From the human T2T-CHM13v2.0 reference genome, Homo sapiens: a stretch of DNA of 64,000 nt. The translations under genes and the position numbers were made by a program. The notes under the pieces are model-generated. The model was not told the origin of the DNA and did not search any database. It saw nothing but the letters and a program-made list of their open reading frames with translations. The stretch lies in assembly GCF_009914755.1 (NCBI RefSeq), contig NC_060926.1. One strand, written 5' to 3'. Positions 34,445 through 52,153 of the stretch are shown piece by piece. Position 1 is the stretch's first letter, and the number at the start of each line of letters is the position of its first letter.

Positions 34445-36347
34445 TTATAGGGAAAGCTGTCACCTCAGTCACAGTGGCCACTGCTGTGGCCATGTGTGGG
34501 ATCTGTGAGATCTGATAGAGCAGCCAGAACACCTGTGAAGAGGGAACCAAGAGGGTCTTGAGTTTCCCTGGTAATTATTCAGTTCAATCTGCACTTTGTT
34601 CACAATCCATCCTTCATGGGAGGAGGCTTTACCTGGACATGTTAAGCATGGGTCACCCACCTACCTGTCAGCATTAGATTCCTCATCCATAAGCTCAGGA
34701 CACCTGTGCCCTCCTTCCCACCTAGCAGTGGTGGTGACATTGCTCTGCAGAGAGTGAGGGCTCCCTTCCTCCCATCTAGCTGTCTCTGATGTCAAGATTG
34801 CCAGGAGTGGGGACAAGCAACAACCTGCACTTTGCCATTGATCAGCTTTTCTCTGTGTCTCTCATTTTCTCTATTGAGTGACACTTGGAGGTGGGCCTAG
34901 TGTCTGCCCAAGTCTGCTGCTACATGATGCTGTCAGCATCTTTGTCCCAAAATACGGCTATAATTGGGTCTCTCCCAAACAAAACAGTCCCTTTACAAGA
35001 TACCCAGAGAATAAATCCAAAGTCTATCCTGAAACACCACAGCCTCCAAAATCTAGTACCCACTGTCTGAATTTTTTAAAAAATAAATTTTAAAGATGTA
35101 GGAAGCACAGAGAATAGTATTATTACATGTACTCAGAAGTCACACTATCACATGTTACTGTGTTGTCACATTTATTTTATTATTTTCTAGTGAAGTTATT
35201 ACAAGTACAGTCTTCTTTCCCCTCCTTGAATTCACGCTTCAGTCATTTTCCTCTGCGAATCGCTTTATACAGCCCATACTCAAGCCTGACAGGACCATGG
35301 GAATTTCCAGTGGAAACTGGTGCCATATTGCCTCCCTACATTTGTCTGTGTGGGACCCCTGACTAGAATGTCCCCCTACCCATCAGCTGCCCCTGGAATT
35401 TGAGAGTTCACTCAAATCCTACTAGCTCTTCAAGCACCAGTTGAAATGCCACACCTCCCATGAAGCCCGTGGGTTTTCTTTCCCACTTCTCTTAAACTCC
35501 CCCAGCCCTCCCCACTGTCACCTTGAGCTGGGATAACTTTCAAATCCCTGCCTTTGGAGCACAGGATTGATTCAGAGCACGAGGCTGAAGGCTCAGCTTG
35601 GCCATTGACTGAGTGTGGGATGCTTGACAGACTTAATGCCCTCATCTGTGAAATGGGGATAATAATGTCTTCTTTGCAGGCTTGAGAGAAAATGTGTGAC
35701 GGCTGTAAGGGATGATCATGCGAGGGATTTTATAAGTAATCCTAGGTAAGGGATCATTTATGTTTGCTAATGCTCCCTGACTTTCGTCATCATTTGCGGT
35801 GATGCATGCACGTATCTCAACTGCCTGAGGACAGAGTGAATCCCGGCCTGATTTACCTTTTATGCTACGCAGAATTCAGTTTGATGCTTTCCCACAATCA
35901 TGACTCAATAAGGTTGACTGAGGAGTGGGTAGGGTTACGAACACTGTGATCGTTTCTGCCTGTCTTACTACAAGGTGGAGGAATGGGACTTCCCTTTGGC
36001 CGTCAGACATACAGCAAGTGCTCACTGTGTGCCAGGCACAGGACTAGCTGGCAGTGGAGGCACAAATATGTTCCAGACATGATCTCCAAGGCCAGTTATA
36101 GGCAAAGGTCACGTGTGTGACAAGGAAGACATGTCCCTTCATGTTGTTTATTCATTGCCTGAGCAGCAGCTAGATGGGGAGAGCTGCTGGGGCCCAAAAA
36201 AGGGGGTGGGGGAGCATTCCCTGAGTGCCTGAGATAAATGCTCCATGAAAGTGGACACGGAACATCTCACAAGTGTCTTGGAAGCAACCTCCTTCGTGAC
36301 ATCATGACAAATGGCTTTTCTAGGAAAACAGACCAAATGTGAGCAAA

Positions 36348-36650
36348 AAGGTCTGTGATCCCAGACCCCAAAAGTTCTGAAAATGGGATATTTACTATAA
36401 CTTACTTGGTGGCAAAACCTGGACCAACCTGATATGAGGCTATTTATGGTATTCATCCTCCTGAGTGTGAAAATCCATGCCTTTGCTGCAGAAATATGTG
36501 TGTGTAATGACAGGACACTTCCCCAGACCTTATTGGAGATGTTTTTAGCATGCGGTAGATGCACTGTATCACCTTACTAAAATCTGGGAAATTTTGAATT
36601 CCTACAGATATTTGACCCCAAAAGTTTTAGCCATAAGGATTGCAGACCTG
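36348..36650 (-). mobile_element. MamRep434-like TcMar-Tigger element
   Basis: TGGTGGCAAAACCTG...GAGGCTATTTAT...CTTTGCTGCAGAAATAT...AAAATCTG...TTTGAATTC...ATAAGGATTGCAGACCTGTA. Confidence 0.6.
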
Positions 36651-39324
36651 TAGAAGCTGCAGCAGTGAGGGACTGCCTTCCAGTCAATCCTGCCTCCCAC
36701 CAAGTTTTTCTTCCTGTAGGCTCCCAGGCAAATGGTTTTCTTCTACCTGGGGAAGGCCAGTCCCAGTATCTTCAAAGTGCAGGCAGGGCTCAGCTCAACC
36801 TGCAGCCAAACCCTAGTGGGATCTTTTACTTAATTCAGAAGTATGTTTTTCTTAATGTGAGAAACACAGCTCAGCATGAGCTTACAGGAAAGGTGGGCTT
36901 AGTGTTGCCTGCAGGCATCTTCTGGGCCTTATTGGATGGTTGCACCATCCTGCTGGGCTTAATACCCCACACTGCCCATCCCCCGGAGCACCTGCACACT
37001 CTGGACTTTCTCTGCTGCCTTTCCATGTCCGTGGTGTGTAGGGAAAATGTCCCATTTTCTCAGGGCCCTGATAGCTCCTAAGCTCCTATATTAACTGTGC
37101 TCCAGTATTAATAAATGTGTAGGTACTAGGTTTTATATTTCTAGATACCATTTGCACTTTAGCAAATGTACTTTATGCTTTAACCCATAAGGTGACTAAC
37201 AGAGGGTGTTCAAATAATGTGCTAGACCCTTTTTTTAAAATTAATTCTACCTACTTTGTTTTTTAAATTTTTATTTTATTTTACTTTAAGTTGTGGGATA
37301 CATGTGCAGAATGTGCAGGTTTATTACCTAAGTATACATGTGCCATGGTGGTTTGCTGCATCTATCAACCCGTCATCTAGGTTTTAAGCCCCGCATGGAT
37401 TAGGTATTTGTCCTAATGCTCTCCTTCCCCTCGCTCCCCACCCACCGTCAGGCCCTGGTGAGTCTCTGTGTCCATGTGTTCTCATTGTTCACCTCCCACT
37501 TAGGAGTTAGAACGTGCTATGTTTGGTTTTCTATTCCTGTGTTAGTTTGCTGAGGATGATGGCTTCCAGCTTCATCCATGTCCCTGCAAAGGACATGTTC
37601 TCATTCTTTTCTATGGCTACATAGTATTCCATGGTGTATATGTACCACATTTTCTTTATCCAGTCTATCACTGATGAGTATTTGGGTTGGTTCTTTGTCT
37701 TTGCTATTGTAAATAGTGCTGCAGTAAACATATATGTGCATGTATCTTTATAGTAGAATGATTTACGTTCGTTTGGGTATATACCCAGTAATGGCATGGC
37801 TGGGTCAAATGGTGTTTGTAGTTCTAGATCTTTGAAGAATTGCCACACTGTCTTCCACAATGGTTGAACTAATTTACATTCCTACCAACAGTATAAAAGC
37901 ATTCCAATTTCTCCACAGCATTGCCAGCATCTATTGTTTCTTGACTTTTTAATAATCACCATTCTGACTGCTGTGAGATGGTATCTCATTGTGGTTTTGA
38001 TTTGCATTTCTCTAATGATCAGTGACGTTGAGCTTTTTTTGTATGTTTGTTGGCTACATAAATGTCTTCTTTTGAGAAGTGTCTGTTCATATCCTACTCC
38101 CACTTTTTATGGGGTTGTTTTTTTTCTTGTAAATTGGTTTAAGTTCCCTGTAGATTCTGGATATTAAACCTTTGTCAGATGAGTAGATTGCAAAACTTTT
38201 CTTCACTCTGATGATAGTTTTTTTTGTTTTGTTTTGTTTTGCTGTGCAGAAGCTCTTTAGTTTAATTAGATCCCATTTGTCTGTTTTGCTTTTGTTACCA
38301 TTGCTTTTGGTGTTTTAGTCATGAAGTCTTTGCCCATGCCTGTGTCCTGAATGGCATTGCCTAGGTTTTCTTCTAGGGTTTTTATGGTTTTGGGTTTTAC
38401 ATTTAAGTCTTTAATCCATCTTGAGTTAATTTTTGTATAAGATTTAAGGAAGGGATTCAGTATCAGTTTTCTTCACATGGCTAGCGAGTTTTCCCAGTAC
38501 CACTTATTAAATGGGGAATCCTTTCTCCATTGCTTGTTTTTGTCAGGTTTGTTGAAGATCAGATGGTTGTGGATATGTGGTGTTATTTCTGAGTTCTCTG
38601 CTCTGTTCCATTGGTCTATATGTCTTTTTTGGTACAAGTACCATGCTGTTCTGGTTGCTATAGCCTTGTGATATAGTTTGAACCCAGGTAGCATGATGCC
38701 TCCAGCTTTGTTCTTTTTGCTTAGGATTGTCTTGGCTATACAGGGTCTTTTATGGTTCCATATGAAATTTAAAATAGTTTTTTCTAATTCTGTGAAGAAT
38801 GTCAATGGTAGTTTGATGGGAAGAGCATGGAATCTCTAAATTACTTTGGGCAATATGGCCATTTTCACACTATTGATTCTTCCTATCTATGAGGATGGAA
38901 TGTTTTCCATTGTTTTTCCATTTCCATGCACTGATTTTCTTGAACAGTGGTTTGCAGTTCTCCTTGAAGAGGTCCTTCATATTCCTTATAGGCTGTATTC
39001 CTAGGTATTCTGTTCTCTTTGTAGTAATTGTGAATCAGAGGTCATTCATGATTTGGTTCTCTACTTGTCTATTGTTGGTATATAGGAATGCTTGTGATTT
39101 TTGCACATTGATTTTATATTCTGAAACTTTGCTGAAGTTTTTTATCAGCTTAAGGAGTTTTGGGCTGAGACAATAGGGTTTTCTAAACATAGAATCATGT
39201 CAAATCAATCCTGGGGGTGGAGCCAAGATGACCGAATAGGAACAGCTCCAGTCTACAGCTCCCAGCATGAGCGATGCAGAAGACAGGTGATTTCTGCATT
39301 TCCAACTGAGGTACCAGGTTCATC

Positions 39325-39651
39325 TCACTGGGGAGTGCCAGACAGTGGGTGCAGGACAGTGGGTGCAGCGCACTGTGCGTGAGCTGAAGCAGGCCTCACC
39401 CAGGAAGCACAAGGGGTCAGGGAATTCCCTTTCCTAGTCAAAGAAAGGGGTGATAGACAGCACCTGGAAAATCGAGTCACTCCCACCCTAATACTGCGCT
39501 TTTCCAACAGGCTTAACAAACAGCACACCAGATTATATCCCACACCTGGCTCGGAGGGTCCTATGCACATGTAGCCTCGCTCATTGCTAGCACAGCAGTC
39601 TGAGATCAAACTGCAAGGCGGCAGCGAGGCTGGGGGAGGGGCGCCCGCCAT
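39325..39651 (-). CDS. ORF0: LINE-1 antisense ORF0, open for 108 aa; expression not shown
   Basis: MAGAPPPASLPPCSLISDCCASNERG...GPSEPGVGY...EKRSIRVGVTRFSRC matches primate L1 ORF0; ATG in GCAATGG context; it is the C-terminal 108 aa of the 193-aa ORF in the track. Confidence 0.6.
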   Translation of the reverse strand: MAGAPPPASLPPCSLISDCCASNERGYMCIGPSEPGVGYNLVCCLLSLLEKRSIRVGVTRFSRCCLSPLSLTRKGNSLTPCASWVRPASAHAQCAAPTVLHPLSGTPQ

Positions 39652-40226
39652 TGCCGAGGCTTGAGTAGGTAAACAAAGTGGCCAGGAAGCTCGAACTGGG
39701 TGGAGCCCACCACAGCTCAAGGAGGCCTGCCTGCCTCTGTAGGTTCCACCTCTGGGGGCAGGGCACAGACAAACAAAAGGCAGCAGTAACCTCTGCAGAC
39801 TTAAATGTCGCTGTCTGACAGCTTTGAAAAGAGTAGTGGTTCTCCCAGCACGCAGCTTGAGATCTGAGAATGGGCGGACTGCCTCCTCAAGTGGGTCCCT
39901 GACCACTGAGTAGCCTAAGTGGGAGGCATCCCCCAGTAGGGGCGGACTGACACCTCACACGGCCGGGTACTCCTCTGAGACAAAACTTCCAGAGGAACAA
40001 TCAGGCAGCAGCATTTGCGGTTCACCAATATCGGCTGTTCTGCAGCCACCGCTGCTGATACCCAGGCAAATAGGGTCTGGAGTGGACCTCCAGCAACCTC
40101 CAACAGACCTGCAGCTGAGGGTCCTGACTGTTAGAAGGAAAGCTAGCAAACAGAAAGGACATCCACACCAAAACCCCATCTGTATGTCACCATCATCAAA
40201 GACCAAAGGTAGATAAAACCACAAAG

Positions 40227-41243
40227 ATGGGGAAAAAACAGAGCAGAAAAACCGGAAACTCTAAAAATCAGAGCGCCTCTCCTCCTCCAAAGGAACACAG
40301 CTCCTCACCAGCAATGGAACAAAGCTGGACGGAGAATGACTTTGACGAGTTGAGAGAAGAAGCCTTCAGAAGATCAACCTACTCTGAGCTAAAGGAGGAA
40401 GTTCGAACCAATGGCAAAGAAGTTAAAAACCTTAAAAAAAAAAATTAGACGAATGGCTAACTAGAATAACCAATGCAGAGAAGTCCTTAAAGGACCTGAT
40501 GGAGCTGAAAACCATGGCACAAGAACGATGTGACAAATGCACAAGCCTCAGTAGCTGATGAGATCAACTGGAAGAAAGGGTATCAGTGATGGAAGATGAA
40601 ATGAATGAAATGAAGAGAGAAGAGAAGTTTAGAGAAAAAAGAATAAAAAGAAATGAACAAAGCCTCCAAGAAATATGGGACTACGTGAAAAGACTAAATC
40701 TACATCAGATTGGTGTACCTGAAAGTGATGGGGAGAATGGAACCAAGTTGGAAAACACTCTGCAGGTTATTATCCAGGAGAACTTCCCCAATCTAGCAAG
40801 GCAGGCCAACATTCAAATTCAGGAAATACAGAGAATGCCACAAAGATACTCCTTGAGAAGACCAACTCCAAGACACATAATTTTCAGTCACCAAAGTTGA
40901 AATGAAGGAAAAAATGTTAAGGGCAGCCAGAGAGAAAGGTCGGGTTACCCACAAAGGGAAGCCCATCAGACTAACATCTGATCTCTTGGCAGAAACTCTA
41001 CAAGCCAGAAGAGAGTGGGGGCTCATATTCAACATTCTTAAAGAAAAGAATTTCCAACCCAGAATTTCATATCCAGCCAAACTAAGCTTCATAAGTGAAG
41101 GAGAAATAAAATCCTTTACAGACAAGCAAATGCTGAGAGATTTTGTCACCACCAGGCCTGCCCTAAAAGAGCTCCTGAAGGAAGCACTAAACATGGAAAG
41201 GAACAACTTGTACCAGCCACTGCAAAAACATGCCAAATTGTAA
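40227..41243 (+). pseudogene. L1 ORF1p, disrupted
   Basis: MGKKQSRKTGNSKNQSASPPPKE... through ...NNLYQPLQKHAKL in three separate ORF pieces (frameshifts and stops). Confidence 0.93.
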
Positions 41244-41306
41244 AGACCATCAAGGCTAGGAAGAAACTGCATCAACTAACGAGCAAAATAACCAGCTAAC
41301 ATCATA

Positions 41307-45115
<3,809 letters not shown>

Positions 45116-45833
45116 ACAATGAGAACACATGGACACAGGAAGGGGAACATCACACACCGGGGACTGTTGTGGGGTTGGGGGAGGAGGGATGGTTAGCATT
45201 AGGAGATATACCTAATGCTAAATGACGAGTTAAGGGGAGCAGCACACCAACATGGCACATGTGTACATATGTTACAAACCTGGACGTTGTGCACATGTAC
45301 CCTAAAACCTAAAGTGTAATAATAATTAAAAAAAAAAACATGTCATCTGCAAACGGAGATAGTTTGACTTCCTCTCTTCCTATTTGAATATCCTTTATTT
45401 CTTTCTCTTGCCTGATTGCCCTAATGAGAACTTCCAGTACTATGTTGAGTAGGAGTGGTGAGAGAAGGCATCCTTGTCTTGTGCCGGTTTTCAACCAGCT
45501 TTTGCCCATATAGTATGATATCAGCTATGGGTATGTCATAAATAGCTCTTATTATTTTGAGATATGTTCCATCAATACCTAGTTTGTTGAGAGTTTTTAA
45601 CGTGAAGAGATGTTGAGTTTTATCAAAGTCCTTTTCTGCATCTGTTGGGATAATCCTGTGGTTTTTGTGTTTATTTCTGTTTATGTGATGAATTACATTT
45701 ATTGATTTGTGTATGTTGAACCAGCCTTGCATCTCAGGGATGAAGCTGACTTCATAGTGGACAAGCTTTTTGATGTGCTGCTGGATTTGTTTTGACAGTA
45801 TTTTATTGAGGATTTTCACATCGATGTTCATCA

Positions 45834-46067
<234 letters not shown>

Positions 46068-49000
46068 TTACTGCCTCAATTTCAGAACTTGTTATTGGTC
46101 TATTCAGGGATTTGACTTATTCCTGGTTTAGTCTTGGGAGGATTTATGTGTCCAGGAATTTATCCGTTTCTTCTAGATTTTCTAGTTTATTTGTGTAGAG
46201 GTGTTTATGGTATTCTCTGCTGGTAGTTTGTATTTCTGTGGGGTCAGTGGTGCTATCCCCTTTATTGTTTTTTTTATTGTGGTCTATTTGATTCTTCTTT
46301 ATTTTCTTTTTTATTAGTATAGCTAGCAGTCCCTCTATTTTGTTAATTTTTTCAAAAAAAAAAAAAAAACAGCTCCTGGATTATTTGATTGTTTGAAAGG
46401 TTTTTTGTCTCTGTCTCCTTCAGTTCTGGTCTGATCTTAGTTATTTCTTGTCTTCTGCTAGCTTTTGGATTATTTTGCTCTGCTTCTGTAGTTCTTTTAA
46501 TTGTGATGTTAGGGTGTCAATCTGAGATCTCTCCAGCTTTCTGATAAGGGCATTTAGTGCTATAAATTTCCCTGTTAATACTACTTTAGCTGTTTCCCAG
46601 AGATTCTGATACATTGTCTCTTTGTTCTCACTGGTTTCAAATAACTTGATTTCTGCCTTAATTTCTTTATTTACCCAGTAGTCATTCAAGAGCAGGTTGT
46701 TCAATTTCCATGTAGTTGTGTGGTTTTGAGTGAGTTTCTTAATCCTGATTTCTAATGTAGTTGCACTGTGGTCTGAGAGACTGTTTGTTATAATTTCTGT
46801 TCTTTTGCATTTGCTGAGCAGTGTTTTACTTCCAATTATATGGTCGACTTTAGAAGAAGTGCCATGTGCCACTGAGAAGAATGTATATTCTGTTGATTTG
46901 GAATGAAGAGTTTTGTAGATGTCTATTATGTCCACTTGATCCAGAGCTGTGTTCAAGTCCTGAATATCCTTGTTAATTTTCTGTTTTGTTGATCTGTCTA
47001 ATACTGACAGTGGGTGTTAAAGTCTTCCACTATTATCGTGTGGGAGTCTCAGTCTCTTTGTAGGTCTCTAAGAACTTGTTTTATGAATCTGGGTGCTCCT
47101 GTATTTGGTGCGTATATATTTAGGATAGTTTGCACTTCTTGTTGAATTGATCCCTTTACCGTTATGTAATGCACTTCCTGGTCTTTTTTCATCTTTGTTG
47201 GTTTAAAGTCTGTTTTATCAAAGACTAGGATTGCAACCCCTGCTTTTTCTTTGCTTTCCATTTGCTTGGTAAATTTTCCTCCATCCATTTATTTTGAGCC
47301 TGTGTGTGTCCCTGCATGTGAGATGGGTCTCCTGAATAGTGCACACCCGTGGGTCTTGACTCTTTATCCAATTTGGCAGTCCGTGTCTTTTAATTGGCAC
47401 GTGTAGCCCATTTACATTAAAGGTTAATATTGTTATGTGGTAATTTGATCCTGTCATCATGTTGCTATCTGGTTATTTTGCACACTAGTTGATGCAGTTT
47501 CTTCATAGTGTCATTGGTCTTTATATTGTGGTATGTTTTTGCAGTGGCTGGTACTGGTTTTTAATTTCCATATTTAGTGCTTCCTTGAGGAGCTCTTGTA
47601 AGGCAGTCCTGTGGTGACTAAATCCCTTAGCATTTGCTTATCTGGAAAGGATTTTGTTTCTCCTTCACTTATGAGGCTTAGTTTGACTGGATATGAAATT
47701 CTGGGTTGAAAATTCCTTTCTTTAAGAACGTTGAATATTGGCCCCCACTCTCTTCTGGCTTGTAGGATTTCTGCTGAGAAATCCACTGTTAGTCTGATGG
47801 ACTTCCCTTTTTAGGTGACCTGACCTTTCTCTCTGGCTTCCCTTAACATTTTTTTTTTTTTTCATTTCGACCTTGGAGAATCTGATGATTATGTGTCTTG
47901 TGTTCTCTGTGTTTCCTGAATTTGCATGTTGGCCTGTCTTGCTAGCTTGGGGAAGTTCTCCTGGATAATATCCTGAAGTGTGTTTTCCAACTTGGTTCCA
48001 TTCTCTCCATCTTTTTCAGGTACACCAATCAATCGTAGGTTCAGTCTTTTTAACATAGTCCCATATTTCTCAGAGGTTTTGTTCTTTCCTTTTCATTCTT
48101 TTTTCTCTAATCTTGTCTGCATGCTTTATTTCAGCAAAATGGTCTTCAGATTCTGATATCCTTTCTTCTGCTTGATCGATTCGACTATTGATTCTTGTGT
48201 ATGCTTCACGAAGTTCTGGTGGTGTGTTTTTCAGCTCCATCAGGTCATTTATGTTCCTCTCTAAACTGGTTATTCTGGTTAGCAACTCCTGTAACCTTTT
48301 ATTAAAATTCTTAGCTTCTTTGCATTGGGTTAGAACATGCTCCTTTAGCTCAGCGGAGTTTGTTATTACCCACCTTCTGAAGCCTACTTTTGTAACTCGT
48401 TCATCTCATTCTCTGTCCAGTTCTGTGCCCTTGCTGGAGAAGTGTTGCAGTCATTCGGAGGAGAAGAGGCACTCTGGCATTTGGAATTTTCAGTGTTTTT
48501 GCCCTGATTTTTCCTCATCATCATGGATTTATCTACCTTTTATCTTTGAGGCTGATGACCTTTAGATGAGGTTTTTGTATTTTTGTTGTTGTTGTTGTTG
48601 TTGATGTTGTTATTGTTGCTTTGTTAGTTTTTCTTCCAACAGGCAAGGCCCCTCTTCTGCAGATCTGCTGCAGTTTGCTGGGTATCCTCTCCAGACCCTT
48701 TTCACCTGGGTGTCACCAGTGGAGGCTACAGAAAAGCAAAGATTGCCACCTGCTCCTTCCTGTGGAAGCTTCGTCCCAGAGAGTCACTGGCTTGATGCCA
48801 GCCAGAGCTCTCCTGTATGAGGTGTCTGTCAGCTCCTTTTGGGAGGTCTTTCCCAGTCAGGAGGCATGGGGTCAGGAATCCACTTGAGGAGGCATCTGTT
48901 CCTTAGCAGAGCTAATGTGCTGTGCTGGGAGAATCCCCCTTGTCAGGATCAGCTGCTCTTTTCAGAGCCAGCAGGCAGGAAAGATTAAGTCCTTTGAAGC

Positions 49001-49901
49001 TGTGACAGCACCCATCCCTCCCCCCGGGTGCTCTGTCCCAGGGAGATGAGAATTCTGTCTGTAAGCCCCTGACTGGAGCTGCTGGATTTGCTGCAGAGAT
49101 GCCCTGCCCCGTGAGGAAGAATCTAGAGAAACATTCTGGCCACAGCTGCTTCGCTGTGCTGTGGTGAATTCTGCTCAGTCCAAACCTCTCAATCTCCTTA
49201 GCACTATCAGGGGGAAACCACCTACTAGAGCCACAGTAATGGAGGTCGCCTCTCCCCCGACCAAACTTGACCATCCCAGTCTGACTCCAGACTGTTGTGC
49301 TGGCAGCGGGAATTTCAAGCCAGTGGTTCTTAGCTCACTGGGCTCTGTGGGAGTGGGACTTGCTGAGCGAGACCACTTGGCTCCCTGGCTTCAGCCCCCT
49401 TTCCAGGGGTGTGGATGGTTTTCCTGTCTCACTGGAGTTCCAGGCACTGCCGGAGTATGAAAGACTTCTGCAGCTCAGTGCCTGCCCAAACAGTGGTCTA
49501 TTTTTGTGCTTGAAACCCAGGGCCCTGGTGGTGTAGATGCACAAGGGAATCTACTGATCTGTGGATTGCAAAAATCCATGAGAAAAGTATAGTACCCGGG
49601 TAGGTGGGACAGTCCCTCACGGCTTCCCTTGGCTGCGGGAGGGAGGTCACCGGGCTCCTTGCACTTCCCAGATGAAGTGACGCCTCACCCTGCTTCTGCT
49701 TGCTCTCCATAGATCACACCCACTGCCTAACCAGTCCCAATGGGATGAAATGGGTACCTTAGTTCGGAATGCAGAAATCACCTGCCTTCTGTGTTGGTCT
49801 TGCTGGGAGCAGCAGACTAGAGCTGCTTAGCTGTTTCTATTTGGTCATTGTGGCCCCCACTATGCTAGACTGTTAGGGAGAATATTTTGGGATAGAGAAG
49901 T

Positions 49902-50233
49902 TGTTCTGGTTGCTTAGTGCTACTGAATAAAGTACCTCCTATCCCAAGTAGTAGCTTCAAACAGCAATTTTATTTTGTTCATAATGTTGCAGGCCAGGAA
50001 TTTGGGGAGTGCTTGCCTGGGTGGTTCCTCTCTGATCCATGGGAACTTAGCTGGAGTGGCCAGAGCATCTACTTCTGTCATATTCTGTCTGTCAGAGCAG
50101 TCACAAGGCTTTCCCAGATAAGACAGGGGAGGGGAACTGGCCCTATCCTCTGAGGGGATGCAGCAAGATCTCACCACAGGAGTCTGTGGGATGGGCAATG
50201 CTGTGACTACCTTTAGAAAATACGGTTCACATA
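49902..50233 (-). mobile_element. MLT1 (H/I-like) LTR, internally deleted
   Basis: GTAGCTTCAAACAGCAATTTTATTTTG...CAGGAATTTGGG...ACTTCTGTCATATTCTG...GCAGTCACAAG. Confidence 0.6.
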
Positions 50234-51421
50234 GGAGGTTTCCAGGCAGATCAGATGCTCATGTGGAGGAATCTGTAACCCCAGTCCAAAGAATTATGAT
50301 GCAGAAAACATGTGGCACAAGAGGCCAAAATAATATCTTCCATCTGCACCCCACAGAGGAAAGGAAGTTGCTATTAAGAAGACCAAGAAAATCCGTGTCT
50401 ACCCTCACTCACATCCTACACCCCCTAACTCCTAAACTGGTTCTTGTACCCCATTCCCCAAACTTCCTGTACCCTTATCTGCTAAACTTCTTGTACTCAT
50501 CTACAGGTACTGAAAATTTCTCTAACATATGTAGAAAACTTTTCCTTCCAATGCAAAATATAAAACTTAAAATTGTCATACTAAGCCCTGCACAAGCTGA
50601 CAGCAGGGGCTCTCCGGAGATTTAGTTGTGAGAACAGGAAGGCAGCATGAGCCCCAGGGTTCTGCTGCAGCATCAGGGGAGGGGAGGAGAGGAGGCACTC
50701 TGGGGAGAGCGACGGTCAGGAAGGAGCTTAGCCATCTCCATCTCACAGGGGAACCCAGGGGCACTGCTAGACTGGAATGTCTCTACTGACTCCTTGGTTT
50801 TTCCCATTCCTGACACTGTCATTAACTGACTCCTACTGGAGACCCCTGTCTGCCACATGGGCCTCAGTATTGCAGGTGTTTGTGAGCTGGACCCCGGAGC
50901 ATCACCCTTTAAGAACTTGGCTAGGATGGCAGGTTGGGGATAAAGCTGCCAAGGAGCATTTTTATTTCTGCATGTTAAAACAGCCCTTGCCTGGCCACCT
51001 GGGTTGGAGGGTTTGTAATTTTGTCTCAGCCACTGCCCATCAGCTGCAAGGGTGCTATTAAAGGCAATCTTGGTGTTACTGCAGTGAAATGTCAGCTGAG
51101 AGCTGCATTTCTCAGCTAACTTGGAGCTGGGGCACCCATATCCTCTTGCTCGAGTGTGGTATGAAATTGAAACTGGGCTGGGGCTGGATTCTGTCCTCCA
51201 GATGAGCTGCTTTTGAAAGGAAAAGAATCTCTGTAAAACCTGGGAATCAATCTGACTGGTGATGCTCCATACAGGTGGCCAACCCTCAGGCTTCCCTGTG
51301 GATCATCAGCTTGGTGGCTTCTCTGTGGTGGCCCTCTTGCCCCATTGACCTGCCTCTCATCTTGGCCAGGTTCCCTTTCCCTCTGGGAACTGAGGCCAGG
51401 TAAGGAGACCTGGGCTTTTTC

Positions 51422-51728
51422 TTATTATTATTGTTATTATTTTTTTGAGATGGAGTCTTGCTCTGTCAACCAGGCTGGAGTGCAGTGGCACAATCTCGGC
51501 TCACTGCAACCTCCGCCTCTCAGCTTCAAGTGATTCTCTCAACTCAGCCTCCCCAGTAGCCGAAATTATAGGTATGTGTCACCACGCTCAGCTAATTTTT
51601 GTATTTTTAGTAGAGACAGGATTTCGCCATGTTAGCCAGGCTGTTATCGAACTCCTGACCTCAGATGATCCACCCGCCTCAGCCTCCCAAAGTGCTGAGA
51701 TTACAGGTGGGAGCCACCACGCCTGGCC
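51422..51728 (-). mobile_element. AluS (AluSx-like), full length
   Basis: Both arms, (TTA)n-derived tail, TSD approx TGGGCTTTTTCT / TGGACTTTTTCT. Confidence 0.93.
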
Positions 51729-52153
51729 AGCATGGACTTTTTCTATAACAAGCCTGAGCCTGGGCTGGGATCATAAACTGTCTGGAAAATAAAAATCATA
51801 TCCTGAATTGACAGGGCAAAAGAAACACATTTTGGATATTTCACAGTTTTCTGTCATCCATACCGCTCTCTCCTTCCTCATTGACAACTGAAAAGTGAAG
51901 GAAAATGGCACAGGTTGGCCAGGTCTGTGGACTGAAAACCCAGGAAGCAGGGGAAAGAGAAGTGTGTGTAACCCACAGAGGAGGGTAGGATGATTTGTGG
52001 TGGGGTGCGGGCAGAAGGCTTGCACTTTCTGCCTCATTGATTGCCACGGCCCCCTGTGCAGGATACAGAGGCAGTTGGACAAGCCTTATGCATCCTGGGC
52101 TTTGGTGACATCAGCAAAGTAGAGATCATAGTCATGTCTTCCTCATAGGGCAG

